A stretch of 64,000 nt of DNA, taken from positions 434,001 to 498,000 of the forward strand of contig JBLWGC010000230.1 of assembly GCA_048772705.1 (NCBI GenBank), read 5' to 3'. The DNA is from Leidyana gryllorum EB-2025a. Taxonomy: Eukaryota; Protista; Apicomplexa. The notes under the pieces were generated by a model. It worked only from the letters and a program-made list of their open reading frames with translations, was not told the DNA's origin and did not search any database. Both the position numbers and the translations under genes were made by a program. Shown piece by piece: positions 48,101 through 58,601 of the stretch. Every line of letters starts with the position of its first letter. Position 1 is the first letter of the stretch.

Positions 48101-49526
48101 CGATTAGTCGGTCCCTTCGTCCTTCCACAGCAAATTGTTGCTCACTCTACGTTCCGCCAACGAACTCTTGAGGGCGTGGTTGAGGTGGGCACCACTGTAC
48201 ATGAGCTCACTAACACTCTGCACGTCAGACCACAACTCAGGTCGTCTTTGGCACAAAGCCATGAGATCCTCAAGTACTAGTGGCAGGGTAATCAAACGCG
48301 CAGGTCGTATGGCCGATATTGTACTGTGCATTTGTGCTCATAAAACATCAAAGAGTGCGACTTACTCAATGATGTCGGTGGGGGAAGGGGGGAAGGTGCG
48401 ACCAAATGGAAGAACCGGAATGCAGGTACCGCAGAGTAAGGGCATGAGTAGGGCTGTGTAAAAGAGAGAGTGATGGGAGGGGCAGATAACAAACTGGCAA
48501 AGTCGAGTTCCCGAGTCAGGCGAAGCCGCCCCGTATAACGCAGCTGTAAGCGAGCGATAGTTGCTCTGAGGCATAGGTCGCGGCGGGCTCGAGGTGTCTG
48601 CAACATTAAGAGTGCATTTTATGATTGGCAGCAGGTCCAGTCGACGCCAGATGCGCGCGCGCACACACGAAGACACACGCCTCCGCCCGCCCTGGTGGAT
48701 GCGAGTGCTTGATCGGCAGTGAGCAATAATACACGACTTGCCTAACAGCAGCGGCACTCACCAGAGCTATGCAGTATCACAGGCGATTCCGAGAGTTGGT
48801 CTTCACGGGGAGGTTTGAGTGGGCGGTTGCTCAGTGAGAGGGTATCCAGCATTCTCATGGATAATTCGGGCAAGACGTTCACTTCCATGCGGGACGTTGC
48901 AGCATATCGATTTCTCAATCTTGGCGAAATCACTAAAACGTCAACTTCGCACGATCTGCAAAGGTCCTGTGTCTGCTTGGGCGATTTGGCTGGATCAATA
49001 ACCATCACGCGCACGTCGGCCCTGAAGGGACGCACGATATCATCAGGGCGGGACGTGGGGAGTCAGCGGGGTACCTTAGAAGGGCTATTGTCAGATGGAG
49101 ACCGATGAGGAGGTCATCGATCATTAAAGCAACTGTGGTTTCATTAGTAGCAGCGCGCAAGAAGGTGAATGTGTGACGAAGGTAAGCGTAGAGGCGGTCG
49201 CAGCGGCACCAAAGGTTGTAGAAAGTCGTTGGCTCAAAAGTGATCGCGTGACCACCATCACATGCCACAAGTTCAGGAGTATAACAGCAAATAGTGTCAG
49301 GGTGCGAGTCTACCCACGAGCGGAATACGTGGATGGGCGATGGGTATTTCGAGATATCTACTGACCAAGCAGGGTCAGTAAGACTCAAGCAGTAGGGTCG
49401 TCGGAGCTGATGAGAGGAAGTTGCAGCTCCCATCACCAAAATTCCACCTATGTTCAGGGATGCTCTGCAGGGGACGACCCCTCCTGTGGTAGGACTTTCT
49501 GAACAAGACGCAGCTCGCCGACTCAT
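45192..49526 (-). CDS. NRPS-like adenylation-thiolation-reductase (carboxylic acid reductase-like) enzyme, intron-containing copy
   Basis: A domain: ILHSSG/TSSPPRP, LYGSTEFG, HATRDLF, FHGRRDDTLVHLNG, PLSTKG. T domain: LFDLGMTSQ. R domain: VLISGVTGSLG, IIHCAW, FISSMT, GYSLSK. Confidence 0.88.
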
Positions 49527-49619
49527 CCAAACAGTCCAAGTGGGTTATTCAGCATAATCACACAACTTATCAGACGGAGCTCAGCCGTTTCGAGACGCGC
49601 AAAGGCCGCTCGAAACGAG

Positions 49620-52600
49620 ATGACCGGAGTCGACTACTCCTCTTACCCGCCCTCGCCGACAGACTGCCCGGCAGCCTCACCTATTTCTGCACAGAAGACG
49701 GTCTCCTCGGTGCTCTATGCCTCATAGGACTGATCCTCACGATGGCCTTCTATGGCTTTTGGCCCCGCGATGATCCACAACTCGACTCCAGTGTCATCGG
49801 ACCCGCAGGACACGGCTTCCCGTGGTCCCTCGTCTTCTGCGTCGCCATCCTCTTTCCCTATCTGCTCTTCAACTCGTACCTCTATCACAGCGCCCGTCGC
49901 GTCGAAGTGAGTCTCCCACCTCTGTCGGTCACCGTAAACACCACTCACCACAGCGGGCCAGAAGCACCATTCAGGTCAAAGAGGCTCTGCAAATGTACGA
50001 AAGGTGTCTCGGTCAATACGAAGGCCACAATTCGTGGGGCGATCACTCTGAAAGGGCTCATCTGGCCAACGAATACGAAATCCCGTCTTGCTGTCTCATC
50101 TCCGTCCTACGTAACGGTAGATGGCGCCGTCTCCCCTACAATTTGGTAAGCTTCTCCTCCCCCCCCACACACACACACATTGCGGTCTGACAGGTGGTGG
50201 AGGGCGACATTATCAAACTGCGTTACGGCGATGTTATGCCATGCGACAGTCGCGCTTGCATTCTGCGGCGGCTGGAGACTTCGACGGATGAGTGGGCCAT
50301 GGAGCTCAAGAAGGAGAGTGTGTGGAAACAGGGAGAAGTGTTCGGTTTGTCGGCGTCGTGCAAGTCTAATCAACGGGCTTCCCCAACATTGATGTACGGC
50401 ACTTTTGTGGCATTGCAGACTCCCTGCGCAAGCCAAGTGCGCAGATACTTGGAGGTGGGACTCTCCTTTTTCGACGACACCTCACTACTTTGTCTGCTTC
50501 GGTTCAGACGTCTGGCGACTCGTCACGACAGAGTCAGCGGATGCGAAGTCGTCTGGAGACTCCTTTCTTCGACATTGTTGAAATGATTCATTGTAACATT
50601 CTGCGACGAATGGGATGGACCTTAGTGCTGATAGGCGTTGTCAACTTGATCTGTCGCCGAATCGCTGGTTCAAAAATGGCCACTCACTACGACCAAAGTC
50701 TAACTTCGCCCATCGTGTGGCCACTGTATCCTTATTATATGCCTCAGCAACTCACCTCAATGACCATTCTGATGGTCCTGGCATTCAGTCCCATCGTTGG
50801 TCGATTGCTTCTGGATCTCACCGATCTCTGGGGGAACGCACGTCTCCAGTCACACTTTCTGTTCCACCACGAACGGAGATACAGTCGGAACGCCGACCCA
50901 AAACCCAAATCCGAAGGGGTGAGCAGTCCTTTGATCACACCACTCAGACAGACACAATTCTTCCTCTCTCGCTCTCAACAGATCCGGGGACTGCTGTCTC
51001 CGTGGCTGTCTCGGCGCAAAGAAGGCTTCGAGACGAAGAACCAAACGAATACCAAACAGGATCTGCACGGGGGCGGCTCTGATAAGAGCAGTCAGAGTGT
51101 TTCATCGGGTTCCTCCTCATCGAGCTTCATTTCCGAGACGGGTTTATCGGTGAGCGTCAAGGCTGAGACAGCTTTCCCTGCCATTGCCTGCAGCGTCCGT
51201 CGTCGGTCGACACGGCTCTTTCGATCTCTCGCGTACCGATGGCGAAACAGCTGCAGGAAATCCGCAGTGTGTTCCATCAGGGACTCGATGGCGAGTGCAA
51301 TTTATTGCACTCGTTGGCATCGACAACATATCTGTGTTTCCTCGACTATGAGGGTTTGCTCACGGAGACGTGTCAGAGAATTGAGGAAGTGGCAATGATC
51401 GCTCCCACAGAAGACGCCGACAGCGGCAATGACCCGGTGGCCTTGGCTGGAGAGGCAGTCGAGCCGGTCAAACCGGTAGTCCTCGCTGTTCAGGAGACAC
51501 GGCAAGATGAAGGCTTTCACGTGCGCGATGACGACGGAGACGAGGATTCCACCTCGTCAGACGGGTCCGTGGCGACCAACGAGTCGACTCTCAGTTCCGA
51601 AGACTCTGTCGGACTCCGATTTGTCGATGAGAGCGACGGATACCGCTATGGGAATGTTCTCAAACCCCTCGCGGTGGCTATGAAAGCCACTCAACTTCCC
51701 CCTTTGGCCCTCCCATTCACCAACAATGTGGGATGGCTGCACACTTTGAGGTTTCGCGACTTCTTTCAGCGAGAGCTATTTGACACTGATCGATGGCAGG
51801 CGTGTCTCTGCGCGTTGGCCTCGTTGACAGGAGTGGGGAACTCGAGTTTCAGTCGTCTGTTGCCGATCGTCCGACACGTGTTGGTGGTCTCCAGCAGCCC
51901 CTCACGGACAAAGGCGGTCAAAGCTGCACAGCAGATGGCCAGTCTTCATCTCAGCGAGACATCCCAAGAGGAGAGCAGTGATGACGACACCACCTCCAAC
52001 GACGATCCGGACTTGACTCTGATGGATTCGCCGCTGTATCACCAGGCGTTGGCAGCGTATTCGCAGTCCAATTTGAGCGTAATGAAACTGAGTCTCGTCA
52101 AAGACGTACGCGACAACAAGCTGCAGCTGTTCGTCAAAGGCAGTACAGAAGAACTGTTAACGCGGTGTCAGTTCTGTTTCGATGGCACTCAAATCCGACC
52201 GATGACTGCTGTACTGCGCGCTCGATTAGACGCTGTTGTGATGCAATGGAAGGGAGAGGGATTCGATGCGTTCGGCTTCGGATACACAGCGCTTCAGCGG
52301 AATGTCCAAACCTTTCTCTTACACAGTCTGGAGGAACACACAGTGGTATCGGTCCATCGCCAACAACGCCGCCGCAGCAGCGACGACGAATTGCAGTTCG
52401 TGGAGCACTGGCGACCTCTCCTCACCAATCCGGGGCCCCGATCGACTCAGCTGCGCCCGGAACCGTTCGTTCTGCCGTACAATTATTCAATGTGCCACAC
52501 AGCCCGTGTTGAAGAAGAGGCGGCAGAAGAGGACGGGGGGGTCGACACGAACATATTGTCGAACCGACCGTCGGACGCCGATCAGCGTCAACAATTGGTA

Positions 52601-54984
52601 CGCAGTCCCACGGCCATTGAGGATCGAGAGACGGCTGCTGGATCAACGGCCATCCATCCGCAACGGCCATTCTCATCCGACAATGTCTGGCGGATACTCA
52701 ACTATGACAATACGGTGGTGACAGTCGACCGATGTGTCAGACCCCCCCCAACGCTCAGACCAGCGACGAAACGCAGCTCGCTGCCACACGTTCAGAGCGA
52801 AGCCAGTTTCCTGTCACATGGCGACACGGAACAGTTTGGAGCGGAAGATCCAAACAGTGCGGCACACCGTGTGTCTTGGCTTCCGATTCGAACAACTCGA
52901 ATGGGGACCGATTTAATGCGAAAGATCGTCGACAAAGAATTGGTTCTGTTGGGACTCGCGGCCATAAAGCAACGGGCGCCTCCGAGTGTGTTAGAACGCA
53001 TATCAGATTTTCATGCCGCGGGAGTAAGATTCCTCTTGTTCTGCAAAGAGAATCTCAACGGCACACGCGCATTGGGCAATCTGTTGGGCTTAGAGACTGG
53101 ATGGAACTGTATGATCAGTCTGGAGGAGTGCGACACCGATGCTGTCCACATAAATCAAGACGGTAACGCTGTCCTCCCCGCCGGTATCCAGGGCATCAAG
53201 AAACACCTGCGCGAGATTGATGACATCCCGCTCCTCGTATCTCTCTATGCCAATGCGAGTCCCCCAACTACGCGAACAATGCTGAGGATTCTACGGGTGA
53301 GTGTGTAAATGAAGTGTGGCGGCGGCAGTTTATTCCAATCATCGTAGAAACGGGGCGAAGTTGTCACCTGCATAGGATCTGCTCTGCGGACATCAAACTT
53401 TGATCTCTTCACCGAGACTGACTGCCCCGTCTCCATTCTCCTACTGCCGTATCCTCTGTGCCAAGACTGCGGCGGTCGCCGGAGTCTCGGGGCGTTCTAT
53501 CATCCAATGCTGTTACCCGAATTCTCATTCTCTGCCGCCCTCACTTCGCTCCCCTGCGCGCTCCAATCCCACGCGGTATCCCTCCAACTCACCCGAGCAG
53601 TGCAGAGGACAGCTGCCGAGTACTACGATAAGGTGAGAGAGTGGTTTTACTCTCTGCTGATATGCCACGGCCCCGCAGCAATCTCCAGCGGCGGTCGATC
53701 CGGAACCCTACCCCTCGTTCCTCCTACAGCTTCTGTACTCCTCGTTCCACGAGGCCCGCCGAGTTGTGGCAGCGATTGAAATGGTTATGATATATTACTG
53801 TCTCTGCTGCTGCGGCATAATCGGTCTTACGCTCACTCTGACGAGTTTCTTCGCTCTCCCCCCAATGCTCTCAGACGTCACCAGTATTAGTCTGACATTC
53901 ATCATTCTTCCCAGTAAGCCACGCATTTGTTGAGAAACAAGTCTCATGTCACCGAATCCCACCTTGCAGTCCCCAGTCTGAGTCTGCTGTTCAATCCGGT
54001 CAGACCCGACACAATGGTAGAATTACCTCGAGGAATGCTCAAACGGAAAAAGAAAGAGGCACCCCATTTGATACCCACAGCTCAATCATTGGAGGCGGAC
54101 CGCTCGTCGTCTTCTTTATCCTCCAACTCCTCCTATTTGGAGGCGAATGACGGTCACGATGATGATGCCGTGGGACGCAGCAGGAAGAACCTTCACCGTT
54201 CTTTGATCACACACGCCACACGCCTCATCGTCCCACTGTTCGGATCAATGGCTCTGTGTATGGCATGGCTCTACCTTGCCTGGACAGATATGGTGAGACT
54301 TGTGTGCGTATGTTTCCCATTTCTCCCATCTCCACTCGCCAGCACCTGAACTACGCAAATCCTCATCTCCCCGAGCACCTAATCTACCGGAGAGACTTTG
54401 CTTGCCGGGAGGAATGGCATCACTTTCGCTCGTGGTTCGACGGGAATTGGTCCAGATGCCTCTATTACTCCGTCCTTACAGCCAAACCGTAAGACTGGTG
54501 ATCGGTCAAATATCGTTCCGTCGCTCCGACAGAGAAGCAAATGCTCATCACTCACTTATGGTCGGGTTGACCACCTACGGAATGCTCCTTTGTATGCTTC
54601 AATTCATAGCCTTTGCGCTATGTAGCGTTAGCAAGTGAGTCGCATCCTTCGGAGACTCGAACTTCTCAATAATGCTGGCGTTTGCGCAGATTCGAGTCCA
54701 TCTTGGTGATGCGGCCGTGGCACAACACCAAGTTGTTGCCGGCCCTACTCGTGACGGTCTTCATTACCGCCACCGTCGAGTGCACAGTTATTTCTATCTA
54801 TCAAGTCTGGAACACCCTGTACGTCCCGCCATGGTGGTGGTGGGTGTTTGCCGTGAGCGGATTCATTGTCACGATCTTGGTTGCCGAGATCTGCAAGTGG
54901 GAGGAAAGGCGGCAGCATAGCCGTGAACAGAAATTCCTTCGATTAGTGTTTAACACCAGATTAGGTATGTGGAGCCCTAAGTGA
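49620..54984 (+). CDS. TMEM94-like (P-type-ATPase-related) multi-pass membrane protein, multi-exon
   Basis: LVEGDIIKLRYGD actuator-like segment, CFLDYEGLL at the phosphorylation-site position, LGLETGWNCMISL, LPAGIQGIKKHLREIDDIPLLVSL, terminal FNTRLGMWSP characteristic of the TMEM94 family. Confidence 0.8.
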
Positions 54985-55104
54985 CACGAGTTGGGTTGCG
55001 TTGGGACACGTGTGTGCGAAATCCTGTGGTTGTTGACGACAGCAATAGCCAGTGCCTAAAGGAACATTGAGCATTGGAATTTGCTTCGACGACTTTAATT
55101 GACA

Positions 55105-58100
55105 ATGACAAGCCACATCTTAGAACGCCACCTCACCGTAGAAGATTACTTCAAGGTGTCTAGCCTGAAAGTCAGTGAACGAACATCGCTTCTTCATATA
55201 TTCTACGATCACGTTGTAAATCAACCTGATGCGGTCTGTTGCTTGTATCCGATCCCCCCTGCGAACATGGAATACGAGAGGATGACTTTTGGACGACTTT
55301 GGACACTGGCGGACAAATTGTTCGGCAAAATCGTTCACCGCGTGCCCAGGCGCAGGGCTGAAGGTTTCTCTTCGCTGTTGCAGCCGGGCAGCGATCGTCC
55401 CGTGATCGGTTTGCTATCGGATAATAATTCGTTCTCATTACTAATGATGATCGCACTGATGCGATGCGATGTTACCATTCTTATGCTTTCTACGCGGAAT
55501 TCAATGGCCGGTTTGGAGAGCTTATGTAACGAGACACACGCTTCCTGTATCCTGACGACCAGCAAGTGGAGTGCCAAGTTCGCCAAATCGAGGTCCCTGA
55601 CATTAGTTGACTTTACCGAAATGAATCTGGATGAAATTGAAGCTTTGCCACCTTCAAATATTCCATTGCGCGAACCGCGACCCAAAGAGATTTTCGAAAC
55701 GGCATTCATTTACCATTCAAGTGGGAGTACCCGTCACCCAAGTCCCATTGCGGAAACTAATCTGGCATGTGTTGTGATAGCGGACGGTGCGCAAGAATGG
55801 AGCGGAGGTGTGACACACGGACTCTCTGTTGCGCCCCTCTTCCACGCGTTCGGATTGTTTGCATTCCTTACACCCTGTCTTTGTGGTGTATCTATTCCAG
55901 CTTTTCCTTTGGCTTCTTCGATGCCCCTCAAAGCGTCGCAACTGATGCGATCTATGGAGAAGGGCCAGATTGATCTATTCGCCACAGTACCTATCATGTA
56001 CGAAAATCTGGTGGAGTATTTGGACGCCCATCCCGAAGAATGGGAGATCTTGAAACGAGTGAAGTGTACCTACGGCGGCGCTCCGTTACCACATAAAGTG
56101 GCACGAAAGATGCACGAACACGGGGTCGCCATCTACAGCGGTTACGGAAGCACTGAGATTGGTTTCGGGATGGTGGGACCTGACACAGACAAAGAAAATC
56201 AAGGACTCGAGGAGCGGTGGAAGTTCCTGAAAGCTGCCAAATACCTGTCTTACAAGATGGTGCCTCAACCTGATGAACCTTCCCTATATGAGTTGGTGGT
56301 TTTGAGTGATTCACCCTGTTTCCTCGAGTCCATCCGGAATTGTGATGATGGCTATGCCACAAAAGATCTGTTCCAACCGGCGCCTTTGTCCAATGTGTGG
56401 ATATATAAGGGAAGACGGGATGATACTATCGTCCATGTCAACGGAGAGAAGACCAACGCTCTTGCCATCGAAAACAGTATCCAGCTTGCCTGCCCGGCCA
56501 TTCAACGTGCCGCTGTCATTGGCGCAGGCAAACCAAGAGCCGGAGTCCTCATAGAACTCAACCCCAACATGTCCGTTGACACCAACGAAGTCCTCAAAGC
56601 GGTCCACCAGGCTAATCAAGAAGCCCCCAACCACTCTCATATCATGGACGAAATGGTATACATCCTGTCAAAAGGTCAAACCCTTCCCGTAACCACCAAA
56701 GGAAACCTCAAACGAAGTCTGGTTACCAAGTTATACGCCACAGAAATTGACAATCTGTATTCCGGATTGCAGGGACACCGACTGCCGGGACAGCCGCATC
56801 CGCAAATAATCAGACGAGCTCGCGCCAGCAGCTCCGAAGACGACAACGATACTGCCAATGGTACCCCGGGTACCCGCTACCAAACTGAACAAGCTGTTCG
56901 TCACCATCTGATCGACAAGATTTCTGTACTACTCGGCATCCCTGCCGAAGATGTGGAAACCGAAACACACATCAGCTTGTTCGATCAAGGCTTGACCAGT
57001 CAAATGGCGCTCAGCTTGAATACTACACTGCAAGAAATCACGGGTATTGAAATGAGTCCCAACTATCTCTTTGAGCACAGCTCGATTGATGCATTAGTAG
57101 AAGCTCTGATGGCCCAAAATGGATTGGCCTCCAGCTCCGCCCAAGACAAATTGGCGATGAGTCATGCCGCCATGCGGAATCTAATTGAACACTACCGCTT
57201 GTCAATGAGTGATATCGCCTCCGTTCTCCCAGCACACGTGCGTTCTGACACACACAAACCTGCCCCTCCTGATGACGCCCCGGAAAACAAATGCATTCTG
57301 ATCACGGGTGCAACTGGTGCCCTAGGATGCCACCTGACATGGCAATTCCTGCTGGATCCTACCGTTAAGAAGGTTTACGCTATGGTGAGGGGCCAGGACG
57401 GGTCTGGACGGATGGGCAGGACTGCGCAGAAAAGGGGTTTGGACTTGAGGATGGCATTGAAGACTGGACGGTTAGAAGTCCTGAATTATGACATGACAGA
57501 TCAGTTTTTGGGTCTGCCTAGGCCCCGATATGACACATTGACGGAAGAAGTGACTCATGTGGTCCACAATGCATGGAAGATGAACTTCAATCTAAAGGTT
57601 GAGGACTTCAACAAGGATTGTATTCGTGGAGCCTTCAATTTACTCAAGTTCTGTATCCTTCCGTTGGACCGAAGCTCCAGCACTGCTTATGCAAAGAAGA
57701 AATTCAGCTTCATCAGTTCGGTTAGTGCGATATGCAACTACCCCGGCGGAAGCATCCCGCCCAAGGTTGTGCCAGATGACCAAGTAACGATGGCCATGCC
57801 CATGGGATACGGGCAGTCGAAGTGTGTGACCGAACTGGTTATTCATTCGGCCGCCAAGGAGTTTGGCATATCAGCGACGATTTTTAGGTGCGGACAACTG
57901 AGTGGTGATACCAAGCTCGGTGTGTGGACTCCTACCGATATGGTTGCCCTACTGACCATCGGTGGCGGTGTGCGATTGGGGAAAATACCCGCAATGATCT
58001 CGGATGCCTCATTCGCACCTATGGACGTAGCTGCGGGTGGGATTGCCGAGTTGATGAGAGTCCCACAAGAGAACGGCGTGTGCCAGGTGTATCACATTAG

Positions 58101-58407
58101 CAACCCGAACCCCGCTGAGTGGGACGACTGGCTGCGGACATTGCGCGAAGAAGGGATTGATTTCGAAACAGTGTCCACCAGCGACTTCCTGAAAGAGATC
58201 AAGAAACACCCCGACAACGAGTGCAATCTGCTCGGTTCCTTCCTGGAGAAGTTGCCGGACATGCCCCTTGGAGGCATTCAGGCGCCAAAGCTGGACATGT
58301 CGGAGTCCGTTGAACGATCTCCTACGTTGCGAGATTGCCCTCCTCTAACAGCCGAACTCACTTCCAAGTATTTGGGATACTGGCGAAGCATTGGCCTGAT
58401 CCAATAG
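55105..58407 (+). CDS. NRPS-like adenylation-thiolation-reductase (carboxylic acid reductase-like) enzyme, intronless copy (~1100 aa)
   Basis: A domain: FIYHSSGSTRHP, PLFHAFG, GYGSTEIG, YATKDLF, YKGRRDDTIVHVNGEK, PVTTKG. T domain: LFDQGLTSQ. R domain: ILITGATGALG, VVHNAW, FISSVS, GYGQSK, FRCGQLSG. Confidence 0.93.
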   Translation: MTSHILERHLTVEDYFKVSSLKVSERTSLLHIFYDHVVNQPDAVCCLYPIPPANMEYERMTFGRLWTLADKLFGKIVHRVPRRRAEGFSSLLQPGSDRPVIGLLSDNNSFSLLMMIALMRCDVTILMLSTRNSMAGLESLCNETHASCILTTSKWSAKFAKSRSLTLVDFTEMNLDEIEALPPSNIPLREPRPKEIFETAFIYHSSGSTRHPSPIAETNLACVVIADGAQEWSGGVTHGLSVAPLFHAFGLFAFLTPCLCGVSIPAFPLASSMPLKASQLMRSMEKGQIDLFATVPIMYENLVEYLDAHPEEWEILKRVKCTYGGAPLPHKVARKMHEHGVAIYSGYGSTEIGFGMVGPDTDKENQGLEERWKFLKAAKYLSYKMVPQPDEPSLYELVVLSDSPCFLESIRNCDDGYATKDLFQPAPLSNVWIYKGRRDDTIVHVNGEKTNALAIENSIQLACPAIQRAAVIGAGKPRAGVLIELNPNMSVDTNEVLKAVHQANQEAPNHSHIMDEMVYILSKGQTLPVTTKGNLKRSLVTKLYATEIDNLYSGLQGHRLPGQPHPQIIRRARASSSEDDNDTANGTPGTRYQTEQAVRHHLIDKISVLLGIPAEDVETETHISLFDQGLTSQMALSLNTTLQEITGIEMSPNYLFEHSSIDALVEALMAQNGLASSSAQDKLAMSHAAMRNLIEHYRLSMSDIASVLPAHVRSDTHKPAPPDDAPENKCILITGATGALGCHLTWQFLLDPTVKKVYAMVRGQDGSGRMGRTAQKRGLDLRMALKTGRLEVLNYDMTDQFLGLPRPRYDTLTEEVTHVVHNAWKMNFNLKVEDFNKDCIRGAFNLLKFCILPLDRSSSTAYAKKKFSFISSVSAICNYPGGSIPPKVVPDDQVTMAMPMGYGQSKCVTELVIHSAAKEFGISATIFRCGQLSGDTKLGVWTPTDMVALLTIGGGVRLGKIPAMISDASFAPMDVAAGGIAELMRVPQENGVCQVYHISNPNPAEWDDWLRTLREEGIDFETVSTSDFLKEIKKHPDNECNLLGSFLEKLPDMPLGGIQAPKLDMSESVERSPTLRDCPPLTAELTSKYLGYWRSIGLIQ

Positions 58408-58601
58408 TGGGTCAATCGATTGATTATTAGTAGATAGATAGCCTAATGAATCATCAACACTTGATTGAGACATCGAGGTACCAATCGTACATCCATCAGT
58501 TTGACCAATCCCGATCAATCGGACCTGGCAAGCTCGCTTGCGTCTTAGGAAACTTGCCTCTCGACAGGTGGACCACCACACAGTCAGTCGGCGCGGTCTC
58601 G

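Noticed and set aside
45192-58407. A-T-R genes as peptide-forming NRPS or Lys2 aminoadipate reductase
   Set aside because: There is no condensation domain, no Lys2-type N-terminal extension and no GGHS carrier motif; size and motifs fit CAR/NRPS-like enzymes. Lys2 is not formally excluded without a phylogeny.
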